Positions 29,603-37,701 of a stretch of 64,000 nucleotides of DNA are shown piece by piece; the stretch's first letter is position 1; every line of letters begins with the position of its first letter. This stretch comes from Patescibacteria group bacterium (GTDB taxonomy: Bacteria; Patescibacteriota; Patescibacteriia; Veblenbacterales; UBA10138). The stretch covers positions 14,895 through 78,894 of the forward strand of contig JBAZOT010000003.1 in NCBI GenBank assembly GCA_041648575.1, in the 5' to 3' direction. The notes beneath the pieces are model-generated. The model had not been told where the DNA came from, searched no databases, and saw only the letters and a program-made list of their open reading frames with translations. A program made the position numbers and the translations under genes.

Positions 29603-30649
29603 TTATTCATCCTCGTTCTTCGGCTTATCTAAAACTAATGGTTCAATCTCGGCCGCCGTTCCAGAAATTCTTAGCACATCCTTATCTATCTTCCCCAATT
29701 CTTTATAAGCAATATTGTAAGTACTAACAGTTGTTCCTAAATGCCCACCCAACTTTTTCATATACTCTTCGTAACTGGCAATATGTCTCCCTAACGCTTC
29801 TACGTTTTTTCTAATCTCTTTAGCCGATTCTTCTATTTGTAAAGCTTTCAAACCCTGCAGCACAGTTTGTAAATATGCCAAAAAAGAAGTTGGCGAAACT
29901 ATAATCACATGTTTTTCTTTAAACGCATACTCAATTAAATCACGGGTATTAACTTTTACCGCGCCAACCTGTGTCACTAACAAATCATAATAAATTGCCT
30001 CATGCGGAATAAACATAAAAGCAAACTCCATGGTTTTTTCAGCTGGTTTTACGTATTTTGAAGTTTCATCAATTCGCGCCTTTAAATCAGCTTTAAAGGT
30101 TTTTTCTAACCGCTCGCGTTCTACTGGATCTCTTTCTTCAGCTAAACGATTATAATTTTCCAGAGAAAACTTAGAATCAATGGGAATAATTTTGTCTTTT
30201 ACAAAAACTACTGCGTCTACAATCGTACCGTCTTTAAATTCATATTGCATCTGGTAACTGCCAGTTGGTAAAACATTTTTTAATAAAGTCTCTAAATAAT
30301 ATTCACCCAATATTCCCCGCTGCTTTGGATTTTTCAAAATATCTTGTAAACTTTGCAGCTGATCAGCAAAATTAACCACCTGCTTGTTGGTTTCATCCAG
30401 CTTAGTCAGACGCTCGGTTACATCCCGTATTATTTTAGCTGACTCCCCAAACTGCTGTTGCATAGCCTTGGTTGATTCGCCCAATTTATTATCCAAAGTT
30501 CTGGTAATCTCATTTAGCTGGTTTTGGAGCATTAATAAACTATTTGCATCGGGTGCTGAACCAGTAGAAATGCGCGATTTCAATAATAAAAACAAGACGA
30601 CAAACCCTACTAGCACGACAATTAAAAGTATAATAAATTCTATACTCAT
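29603..30649 (-). CDS. rmuC: DNA recombination protein RmuC
   Basis: N-terminal TM helix and coiled coil, then the nuclease-like core FAFMFIPHEAIYYDL...VIIVSPTSFLAYL. Confidence 0.85.
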   Translation of the reverse strand: MSIEFIILLIVVLVGFVVLFLLLKSRISTGSAPDANSLLMLQNQLNEITRTLDNKLGESTKAMQQQFGESAKIIRDVTERLTKLDETNKQVVNFADQLQSLQDILKNPKQRGILGEYYLETLLKNVLPTGSYQMQYEFKDGTIVDAVVFVKDKIIPIDSKFSLENYNRLAEERDPVERERLEKTFKADLKARIDETSKYVKPAEKTMEFAFMFIPHEAIYYDLLVTQVGAVKVNTRDLIEYAFKEKHVIIVSPTSFLAYLQTVLQGLKALQIEESAKEIRKNVEALGRHIASYEEYMKKLGGHLGTTVSTYNIAYKELGKIDKDVLRISGTAAEIEPLVLDKPKNEDE

Positions 30650-30655
30650 AGAATT

Positions 30656-30683
30656 ATTATAACAGAACTTCGTTCTTTTGCCA
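30656..30683 (-). promoter_or_regulatory. promoter TGGCAA-16-TATAAT (TGT extended), with the -10 box 6 nt from the rmuC ATG (leaderless)
   Basis: Reverse complement reads TGGCAA AAGAACGAAGTTCTGT TATAAT AATTCT ATG. Confidence 0.5.
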
Positions 30684-30688
30684 GGATC

Positions 30689-30716
30689 TTATTTACTATA
30701 AAAATTGTGTTATACT
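30689..30716 (+). promoter_or_regulatory. extended -10 promoter (TGT TATACT) for the TonB-like gene
   Basis: TTATTT-16-TGTTATACT. The RBS AAGGAG lies 8 nt before ATG 30778. Confidence 0.4.
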
Positions 30717-30777
30717 TAAAGTAAATCTAACAAAAAGTGCCATTTTACAAATCAATACCCCTGAAAGGAGTAACGCC

Positions 30778-31488
30778 ATGACTAAAGCTCTGACTTTTAA
30801 TCGTACTACTTTTCCCCTTCTTTACCGTCGCTATTTAAGTATTGCTTTAACTATAGCAATCTTTGTACATCTTGCGGTAATTGCTGTTTATTATATTGTC
30901 TCGTCATTTACCGTTGAAGAGTCAATAGTAATGGTCAGACTAACAAAATATATCGACCTACCACCTCCACCATCAATAGATCAGGCTAATAATCCACCAA
31001 TAGTTAACTTTAATATACAAGCAACAATTGGAAAAGGGATACCCGTCCCTGTGCTTGACGCAGAAGTCAATCCCGATCAAACCATTGCTTCACAAACAGA
31101 ACTATCACAGCAAGCTAACGCCACCAGTAATATTTTAAATACTCAATCAAATGTAGAATTTATTCTTGACCAAAAAATTAATATTGAAGACGAGGAACCT
31201 CCTGATTTTGTGCCAGTAGAGAAACAACCTGTGCCTGTTAAGACTCAACAACCAGCATATCCTGAAATTGCCAGACGAGCTGGTGTGGAAGGAACTGTTT
31301 GGGTAAAAATTCTTATAGATAAAGAAGGTAAAGCTAAGAAAGCGGTAATTATTAAAAGCGATGCAGAGATATTTAATGAAGCGGCAATTCAGGCTGCACT
31401 GCAATGGGTGTTTACGCCCGCTATGATGAATAATGGTCCAGTTCAAGTATGGGCCGCTGTTCCTTTTCGTTTTAAATTAAATAAATAA
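30778..31488 (+). CDS. TonB-like protein (N-terminal TM, Pro-rich linker, TonB C-terminal domain)
   Basis: Carries LPPPPSIDQANNPP, and a C-terminus PAYPEIARRAGVEGTVWVKILIDKEGKAKKAVIIKSD...ALQWVFTPAMMNNGPVQVW. Confidence 0.65.
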   Translation: MTKALTFNRTTFPLLYRRYLSIALTIAIFVHLAVIAVYYIVSSFTVEESIVMVRLTKYIDLPPPPSIDQANNPPIVNFNIQATIGKGIPVPVLDAEVNPDQTIASQTELSQQANATSNILNTQSNVEFILDQKINIEDEEPPDFVPVEKQPVPVKTQQPAYPEIARRAGVEGTVWVKILIDKEGKAKKAVIIKSDAEIFNEAAIQAALQWVFTPAMMNNGPVQVWAAVPFRFKLNK

Positions 31489-31526
31489 AAAAACTGCTTT
31501 GACAACATCAACTCAATAAACAAAAC

Positions 31527-31556
31527 AATCCCGTGTATTCCATCACGGGATTTTAA
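31527..31556 (+). terminator. intrinsic terminator of the TonB-like gene
   Basis: AATCCCGTG pairs with CACGGGATT, followed by TTTTAATTT. Confidence 0.6.
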
Positions 31557-31591
31557 TTTACCAAATAAATGTAATAATCCGAGTCGACAAC

Positions 31592-31629
31592 TAGTCATTT
31601 TTATGTCTGGCCAGACATAAAAATGACTA
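31592..31629. repeat. 38-bp perfect palindrome TAGTCATTTTTATGTCTGG|CCAGACATAAAAATGACTA
   Basis: Read directly from the sequence. It shares the outer arms CAACTAGTCATTT...AAATGACTA with 32712-32749. Confidence 0.8.
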
Positions 31630-31764
31630 TCCCAATTTAAAGGGGAAATGGAGAAAATTTTTGGAATAAAATACATTCGAACCGCCACGCGATTTTAAAT
31701 ACCAAAAAAGGGCCACAAAACCAACTAAAACTATTATGATTAAAAATATAAATTCCGTATTCAT
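31627..31764 (-). CDS. possible 45-aa hydrophobic peptide (leaderless)
   Basis: My translation is MNTEFIFLIIIVLVGFVALFWYLKSRGGSNVFYSKNFLHFPFKLG. TGC-TAGAAT (31771-76) lies 6 nt before the ATG. It is below the ORF-track size cutoff. Confidence 0.3.
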   Translation of the reverse strand: MNTEFIFLIIIVLVGFVALFWYLKSRGGSNVFYSKNFLHFPFKLG

Positions 31765-31778
31765 AACACCATTCTAGC

Positions 31779-31815
31779 AAAAAAGAAAGGGTCTGGAAAT
31801 ACAATCCCAGACCCC
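31779..31815 (-). terminator. intrinsic terminator of the 240-aa gene
   Basis: The minus strand reads GGGTCTGG...CCAGACCC followed by TTTCTTTTTT. Confidence 0.6.
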
Positions 31816-31843
31816 ATGAAACTACTATCTAATGGCCTTAGTG

Positions 31844-32566
31844 CTAAAACGATTGAAATGATCGGACAATCTTATCCACCCAGCTAGCCCTACGCATTAA
31901 CTCGTTAGCTATCTGCGGTGCTTGACCCTCCATTACCTTCGCCTCCTCAATCAGTATATTCCTCATCTCAACATTGGTGAGACCAGAAACATCATACCAA
32001 GCCAACGCGGTATCCAGATAAGAAATATTACCTGGTTCCATGTATCGTTCTCCAGTAACAACACTACGCATACCGTCGCTATAGAAACTGAGATACAAAT
32101 TACCAACCATCACCGCCGAGCGCGAAGCTGATACCGTATCACCGCACTTGATGTATAAGTGATAAGCATACTCTGGAAAACTCTTTCTCCCATAACCATC
32201 ATCACAATGTGGTATCCCATAGTATGTTAAGTCTGCTAGGAGTAAGCCCCACCCCTGACGTCTCTTGAACCAGTATGGATCATCACAGGAACTATCACAT
32301 ATCTGATAAATCCTTCTCACTGTGTTTACAAACTCCCAACCACAATAAAATGGGTCATCGGTCCCTGAATAACCCCCTACATCAGTCCATGAATAATTAT
32401 CTGGGTTATATCTCATACCCTCCACAATCTTATACTCGACCAGATTCTTGACCAAAGTGCGATAAGACTGTTCAGGGGACTCTTGCTTTTCCTTGGCAGG
32501 TAAAGTGTTATTTATGACTAAACCAGCCACAGCCAAAAAGATAATGATTGTAAAGTACTTTTTCAT
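31844..32566 (-). CDS. secreted Cys-rich hypothetical protein
   Basis: 240 aa with signal peptide MKKYFTIIIFLAVAGLV and 8 Cys. By eye it is more GC-rich at codon third positions than its neighbours. It has its own promoter and terminator. Confidence 0.55.
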   Translation of the reverse strand: MKKYFTIIIFLAVAGLVINNTLPAKEKQESPEQSYRTLVKNLVEYKIVEGMRYNPDNYSWTDVGGYSGTDDPFYCGWEFVNTVRRIYQICDSSCDDPYWFKRRQGWGLLLADLTYYGIPHCDDGYGRKSFPEYAYHLYIKCGDTVSASRSAVMVGNLYLSFYSDGMRSVVTGERYMEPGNISYLDTALAWYDVSGLTNVEMRNILIEEAKVMEGQAPQIANELMRRASWVDKIVRSFQSF

Positions 32567-32651
32567 ATAACACCTGTTTATTTTTGTTTAATAAATTCCC
32601 CATTATTTGGGACTTTTTTAAAGATCTTTACTGTTTTTACAATAACAATAC

Positions 32652-32680
32652 ATAATACGGCAAACTACTTTATTTGTCAA
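32652..32680 (-). promoter_or_regulatory. promoter TTGACA-17-TATTAT for the 240-aa gene
   Basis: Reverse complement reads TTGACA AATAAAGTAGTTTGCCG TATTAT. AGGTG lies 6 nt before the ATG. Confidence 0.6.
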
Positions 32681-32711
32681 TATCCATACTAAACTAGATT
32701 AAATCACCAAC

Positions 32712-32749
32712 TAGTCATTTACCCTTTCGCGCGAAAGGGTAAATGACTA
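32712..32749. repeat. 38-bp perfect palindrome TAGTCATTTACCCTTTCGC|GCGAAAGGGTAAATGACTA
   Basis: Read directly from the sequence. It lies between the arsR-like stop and the promoter of the 240-aa gene. Confidence 0.8.
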
Positions 32750-32777
32750 AAGAAATAATTTATGCATAAACAGTTAA

Positions 32778-33056
32778 TTAGCTAGTCTGACGGACTTGCT
32801 TAAGAAGCTGCTGCAACAAACTACTTAACCCCTCATCTAAACTATATAGACCTACGTATCCAAATTGCCTGCGTTCTAAAAACCCCACTTGCCGCAATAG
32901 CACTAAGTGTTTAGAGGTGGACTTAAATGATAGATGAATCGCCGTCGCAACGTCACCTACTGTCCGCTCTTTACCATCGGACAACAACCTTAGTATCTCC
33001 AGCCGCTTTCTCGCACCCAGCGCCCGGTAAACCTTTTCTAACTCTCGTAGACGCAT
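32778..33056 (-). CDS. ArsR/SmtB-family transcriptional regulator
   Basis: 92 aa with a winged HTH: LGARKRLEILRLLSDGKERTVGDVATAIHLSFKSTSKHLVLLRQVGFLERR. I see no obvious metal-binding Cys. Confidence 0.8.
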   Translation of the reverse strand: MRLRELEKVYRALGARKRLEILRLLSDGKERTVGDVATAIHLSFKSTSKHLVLLRQVGFLERRQFGYVGLYSLDEGLSSLLQQLLKQVRQTS

Positions 33057-33062
33057 GTTGGT

Positions 33063-33100
33063 AGTATATCATATTTACTGATTCGCGCGAAAGGGTAAAT
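33063..33100 (-). promoter_or_regulatory. leaderless arsR promoter (TGA TATACT, 6 nt from the ATG) overlapped by a degenerate copy of the TTTACCC..GGGTAAA palindrome
   Basis: ATTTACTGATTCGCGCGAAAGGGTAAAT (33073-33100) covers the -35 position and may be an operator. Confidence 0.45.
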
Positions 33101-33120
33101 AATCATATAAACCAACACAT

Positions 33121-33960
33121 TTACAAACTAAATAAATTTCTCGCATTTTGAGTTGTAACCCTAGCCAGCTCGTCTAAACTTATATTTTTCAATTCAGCTA
33201 TTTTCTTTGCCACCTCCACTATATACGCCGGCTCGTTGCGGGTGCCCCGATAAGCTTGGGGGGCCAGATACGGCGCGTCTGTTTCTACCATTATCCTATC
33301 AATTGGAGTTTCTTTTACTACTTTTAACAATCCCGGACTGGCATTTTTAAAAGTAATAATTCCGGTAAACGATAATAAAAATCCTAAATCTAAAAATTGT
33401 TTAGCTTGCTCTTGGGTACCTAAAAAACAATGAGCCACGCCCTTTTTTGATAATCTACCTTTGTCTAATTCTTGTTTTAAAATCATCAACAAATCATCAT
33501 AAGCTTCACGGCAATGAATAATAACAGGTAAATTAAGTTCGTCGGCTAAAGTAATATGCTGCCTAAACAATTCTTGTTGCTTTGTTTTAACTTCTGTCTT
33601 ATCAACGCCATCTGGAAAACGATAATAATCCAATCCACACTCCCCTATGGCTACCACTTTACTACCAGAACCACGTGCTAAAGCAGAATATCTTGATGGA
33701 TTAAAAACCTCGGCCCGAGTTTTAAAATAAATTTCTTCCTCATCCACTTCTTGCTCAAATAAATGAATGGGATGAAGCCCAATCGCGGCATATAAATTAT
33801 CATGTTCCTGTGCTAATTTTACTGCCCGCTCCGATGTGTCCCATTGACTGCCAAGATTAATAATACAAGTCACACCAGCACGATGAGCTCGTTTAATTAC
33901 CTCATCAGTATCATTCTTAAACGCATTAAAATTCAAATGGCAGTGAGTATCAATCAACAT
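33121..33960 (-). CDS. tatD: TatD-family metal-dependent hydrolase/DNase
   Basis: Carries MLIDTHCHL, GECGLDY, PVIIHCREA and VETDAPYLAP. Confidence 0.9.
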   Translation of the reverse strand: MLIDTHCHLNFNAFKNDTDEVIKRAHRAGVTCIINLGSQWDTSERAVKLAQEHDNLYAAIGLHPIHLFEQEVDEEEIYFKTRAEVFNPSRYSALARGSGSKVVAIGECGLDYYRFPDGVDKTEVKTKQQELFRQHITLADELNLPVIIHCREAYDDLLMILKQELDKGRLSKKGVAHCFLGTQEQAKQFLDLGFLLSFTGIITFKNASPGLLKVVKETPIDRIMVETDAPYLAPQAYRGTRNEPAYIVEVAKKIAELKNISLDELARVTTQNARNLFSL

Positions 33961-33963
33961 TTA

Positions 33964-34497
33964 TTAAATAGACAAATTAACATTAGGAATGTATGGTTGT
34001 ATTTTTTCGAGAACTTCCGGTAATAATGGGATTAAAACTCCGGCAAACATAATTAAATCTTGGGCAATATCAGAATTAGCTATAGCTTGAGTAATTGATA
34101 ATGGCAAGTCAACTGATCCGGAAAAATATAAAACTAAGCCCAAGGTTAAACCACCCTCTACCAACCCCAGCACCGCACCACCTAAATGATTAATAGTTTT
34201 TAAAAATGGAATAAAGCTGACAAAACGAAAAGTACGATCCAAAATATAAAAACCAAAACCAACCAAGCGATTAATCACTATAAATAATATAAGAAAAATT
34301 ATAATTTTAATCCATCCTGAATCATAACCAATCCAATTGACAACTAAATCAAAAATTGGCAGATAAAGTCGTCCAGCAATAAACGCACCAGCAATTGTCC
34401 CCACTAAAGCTCCGAGTGTATGAATAAAACCAAACCAAAATCCAAACCAAACAAAACCAAACAAAATAAGAAGTAAAAATGCATCAAAAATTCCCAT
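33964..34497 (-). CDS. CvpA-family membrane protein
   Basis: 177 aa with 4 TM helices. The N-terminus DAFLLLILFGFVWFGFWFGFI resembles colicin V production protein family members. Confidence 0.7.
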   Translation of the reverse strand: MGIFDAFLLLILFGFVWFGFWFGFIHTLGALVGTIAGAFIAGRLYLPIFDLVVNWIGYDSGWIKIIIFLILFIVINRLVGFGFYILDRTFRFVSFIPFLKTINHLGGAVLGLVEGGLTLGLVLYFSGSVDLPLSITQAIANSDIAQDLIMFAGVLIPLLPEVLEKIQPYIPNVNLSI

Positions 34498-34508
34498 AAA
34501 TGTTATTA

Positions 34509-35915
34509 TTAGTTAGTTAATCGCGGAAATAATGGCTCCGCTTTAGTAATTTTATCAGCAAATAGCGCCCGTTGAATAGTCTTGGCAGTTTCGGGCATAA
34601 AGGGTAATAACAATTCGGCTACCAATTGTAATTTTGCAACACTTTCTCCTAAAAATATTTTAACTTCATCAATTTTACCCGCTTTAAAAAGTAGCCATGG
34701 CTTGTGGTTGTCAATTGATTGATCAATTTCCCTACTTAAACCAAAAATATAATTAAGCGCCCCATTAAAATTTAGTGAATTAATATAATCATCTATACTA
34801 CCCCTAACCGGTGAAGATTTTTTTATACCATACTGTTCCACCATATTAGTAACTCGAGAAAAAGTATTGCCCAGACCATTAGCCAAATTGCTATCGTAAC
34901 GCTCTCGAAAACGAGCTAAAGAAATATCGCTATCATTTGCAAAAGATAATTGCGATAAAATAAGATACCTAGTGGCATCAAGGCCAAATTGCTTAATCAA
35001 ATCAGCAGGATCAATAACATTGCCTAAAGATTTGGACATCTTCTGGCCATCAACAGTAAAAAAACCATGTGCGGCCACTACTTTGGGTAAATCTAATCCA
35101 GCTGCCAATAAAAAAGCTTCCCAAATAACTGCATGAAACCATAAAATATCTTTTCCTAATAAATGAACCTGAGCAGGCCAAAAACCTTTTGCTTTCTGGA
35201 TAAATTGAGTTGCCGAATAATAATTAACTAGAGCATCTATCCATACATAAACCGTTTGTGTTTTGTCCCAGGGTATTGGTACACCCCAACTTACTTCGGA
35301 TCGTGAAATTGAAACATCATCTAATCCTTTTTTTAATTTTCCTACTATTTCATTTTTTCGTTCTTCAGGAACAATCTGGTATTTACCTTGGTTTATGGCA
35401 TTAAGTAACTCTTCTCTAAAAGCCGATAGTTTGAAAAAATAATTTTTTTCCTTTTGCTTAACTGGTTTATCTTTGGGATGTAATGGACATACATTGTTAA
35501 TCAAATCATCAATCTGTAAAAATTTCTCACAACCGATACAATAAAGCCCTTCATATTCCCCATCATAAATAAATCCGCGATCATAAATTTTCTGCAATAA
35601 TTCCTGCACTATTTGTTGGTGTTCCGGTTGAGAGGTACGAATAAAATCATCATGAGACAACCCGAGGATTTTCCAAGCCTGTTTAAAAGTTTGGGAAATT
35701 TTATCTGTAAATTCTTCAGGTGTTAAACCAGCAGCCTCGGCCGCCTGTTGAACCTTGGCGCCATGCTCATCAGTTCCAGTTAAAAAAAATACTTCATCCC
35801 CCCTATCTCGATGCCAACGCGCTAAAACGTCAGCACATAAAGTGGTATAAGCATGCCCCAGGTGTGGTTTATCATTCACATAATAAATAGGAGTGGTGAT
35901 ATAATATTTACTCAT
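34509..35915 (-). CDS. metG: methionine--tRNA ligase
   Basis: Carries PIYYVNDKPHLGHAYT (HIGH) and KMSKSLGN. I prefer the MSKYY start at 35913-35915, which removes the overlap with rsmI. Confidence 0.95.
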   Translation of the reverse strand: MSKYYITTPIYYVNDKPHLGHAYTTLCADVLARWHRDRGDEVFFLTGTDEHGAKVQQAAEAAGLTPEEFTDKISQTFKQAWKILGLSHDDFIRTSQPEHQQIVQELLQKIYDRGFIYDGEYEGLYCIGCEKFLQIDDLINNVCPLHPKDKPVKQKEKNYFFKLSAFREELLNAINQGKYQIVPEERKNEIVGKLKKGLDDVSISRSEVSWGVPIPWDKTQTVYVWIDALVNYYSATQFIQKAKGFWPAQVHLLGKDILWFHAVIWEAFLLAAGLDLPKVVAAHGFFTVDGQKMSKSLGNVIDPADLIKQFGLDATRYLILSQLSFANDSDISLARFRERYDSNLANGLGNTFSRVTNMVEQYGIKKSSPVRGSIDDYINSLNFNGALNYIFGLSREIDQSIDNHKPWLLFKAGKIDEVKIFLGESVAKLQLVAELLLPFMPETAKTIQRALFADKITKAEPLFPRLTN

Positions 35916-35919
35916 ATTT

Positions 35920-36594
35920 TTATTTACCTTCTGTATTAACAATAACAACGAATTCGCCCTTGGTCGAGCTGGCCTGCAGTTGTTTTAAAATTTCCGTCGC
36001 AGTTCCACGATAAATAGTCTCAAATTTTTTTGTTAATTCCCGCGCCACAATTAAGCTTCGGGCGGGTATAATTTCGGATAATACTTCAAGCGTTTTAACT
36101 ATCCGATAAGTTGATTCATAAAAAATAACTGGCGAAGAACTAGCAGCTACTCGTTTAAAAAAAGTTTGCCGGCCTTTTTTGTGAGGCGGCCAACCAAAAA
36201 AATAAAATTCCTGTAAATTTATACCAGCAATGGAAATGGCACAAGTTAAAGCCGATACCCCAGGTATAGGCACAATAGTAATTCCCTGTTTAACCGCTTG
36301 TTCAACCAATTTACCACCCGGATCAGCCAACCCTGGCGTACCAGCATCTGTAACATAAGCGAATACGCTGCCCTTTATTAATTTATTAACAAATACATCT
36401 AACTCCGCTTGTTTTGAGTGTTGATGTAAACTAAATAACTGTTTATGAATATCAAAACGCTCGAGTAATTTACTGGTTACTCTTTTATCTTCACAAATTA
36501 TTGCATCAACCTGTTTTAAAACATCCCTAGCCCTAAAAGTCAGGTCAGCTAAATTACCAATAGGTGTTGCTACGACATACAAAACTCCAGCCAT
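35920..36594 (-). CDS. rsmI: 16S rRNA (cytidine1402-2'-O)-methyltransferase
   Basis: Carries LYVVATPIGNLADLT and TDAGTPGLADPG, the tetrapyrrole-methylase fold typical of RsmI. Confidence 0.9.
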   Translation of the reverse strand: MAGVLYVVATPIGNLADLTFRARDVLKQVDAIICEDKRVTSKLLERFDIHKQLFSLHQHSKQAELDVFVNKLIKGSVFAYVTDAGTPGLADPGGKLVEQAVKQGITIVPIPGVSALTCAISIAGINLQEFYFFGWPPHKKGRQTFFKRVAASSSPVIFYESTYRIVKTLEVLSEIIPARSLIVARELTKKFETIYRGTATEILKQLQASSTKGEFVVIVNTEGK

Positions 36595-36603
36595 GATATT
36601 AAC

Positions 36604-37686
36604 TTAAGGTATTTTATCAGAAGTTGTCTCCTCGGTTTCCAATTTTTGATCACTAGTTTGCCAACCTTCAAAAAAATCAGAAACAAATACCGCAATAGCA
36701 GTGGCTAAAGGAATAGACAAAATCGCGCCCATAATTCCACCTAATTTTACGCCAACCAATATCACTACTATTGATATTATTGGGTTTAAACCAACCGCTT
36801 TCCTCATAATAGTCGGCACAATAATATTGTTCTCTAATTGCTGCACTACTACATAAAGAACAACAATTAATAAACCTTGAATTGGTGAAATAGTAAAAGC
36901 AAGAAAAACAGCTGGTATGGCTCCAATTATTGGACCGACAAAGGGAATAATTTCTGTTAAACCAGCCCACAACGCCAACACTAAGGCATATTCCATACCA
37001 AATAATTTTAGACCAATATAAGTCAACGCTCCAATAATTAACATTAATAACAATTGCGCCCGAAACCACAAACCCAGCTTGATATTTATCCTGCTCATCA
37101 ACTGCATAATGTATGGCTGATACTTAGCTGGTGTAATGGACCGTAAAAATCGTTTAAGACCGTTTTCTTGCACAATCAAATAAAAACTAATTACTAAAAT
37201 TACCACCAACTGAATCAATCCGCCAAAAATAGAAGTGACAGTAGAAAAAATTGAGTTAGCAGTACTGGCCAGTGTTGCGCCGATATTTTCTAAAAATGAT
37301 CTGATGGTTGCGGCCGACTCTATATCACTAGAATGTTGTATGGCTGATAGTCCACTAACTGCTTTAATATAATAATTGGGCAAAGCAGAAGCCAACTGCT
37401 GTATTTGCTGAACCAGTGGCGGTATTAATAAAAAAACTACCAATGAAATTATTAAAAAAATTGCCAAATAAATAGCAATCAATGATACGGCACGAGGTAT
37501 TCGATGTCGTTGTAATGAATCTACCCAAGGCCCCAAGGCAGCCGCTACCACAACTGATACAAATAACAGCCCTAAAATATCCAGGATCATATATAACAAA
37601 TAGATTAACAGAATAACTAAGGCCACTTTTACTATGGAGCCAATAGAAATGGTTAATGATGAAGTGTTAGATAATGGTCTTTGCAT
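36604..37686 (-). CDS. AI-2E family transporter (PerM-like)
   Basis: 360 aa with about 8 TM helices and the motif TEIIPFVGPIIGAIPA. Confidence 0.8.
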   Translation of the reverse strand: MQRPLSNTSSLTISIGSIVKVALVILLIYLLYMILDILGLLFVSVVVAAALGPWVDSLQRHRIPRAVSLIAIYLAIFLIISLVVFLLIPPLVQQIQQLASALPNYYIKAVSGLSAIQHSSDIESAATIRSFLENIGATLASTANSIFSTVTSIFGGLIQLVVILVISFYLIVQENGLKRFLRSITPAKYQPYIMQLMSRINIKLGLWFRAQLLLMLIIGALTYIGLKLFGMEYALVLALWAGLTEIIPFVGPIIGAIPAVFLAFTISPIQGLLIVVLYVVVQQLENNIIVPTIMRKAVGLNPIISIVVILVGVKLGGIMGAILSIPLATAIAVFVSDFFEGWQTSDQKLETEETTSDKIP

Positions 37687-37701
37687 AAGTGTTTAATTAA
37701 A

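Noticed and set aside
31592-33100. Integron attC sites or a CRISPR array as an explanation for the repeated palindromes.
   Set aside because: There are no RYYYAAC/GTTRRRY core sites and no intI gene. Spacing is irregular (about 1.1 kb and 0.36 kb) with whole genes between copies, so this is not a CRISPR array. No cas genes are present.
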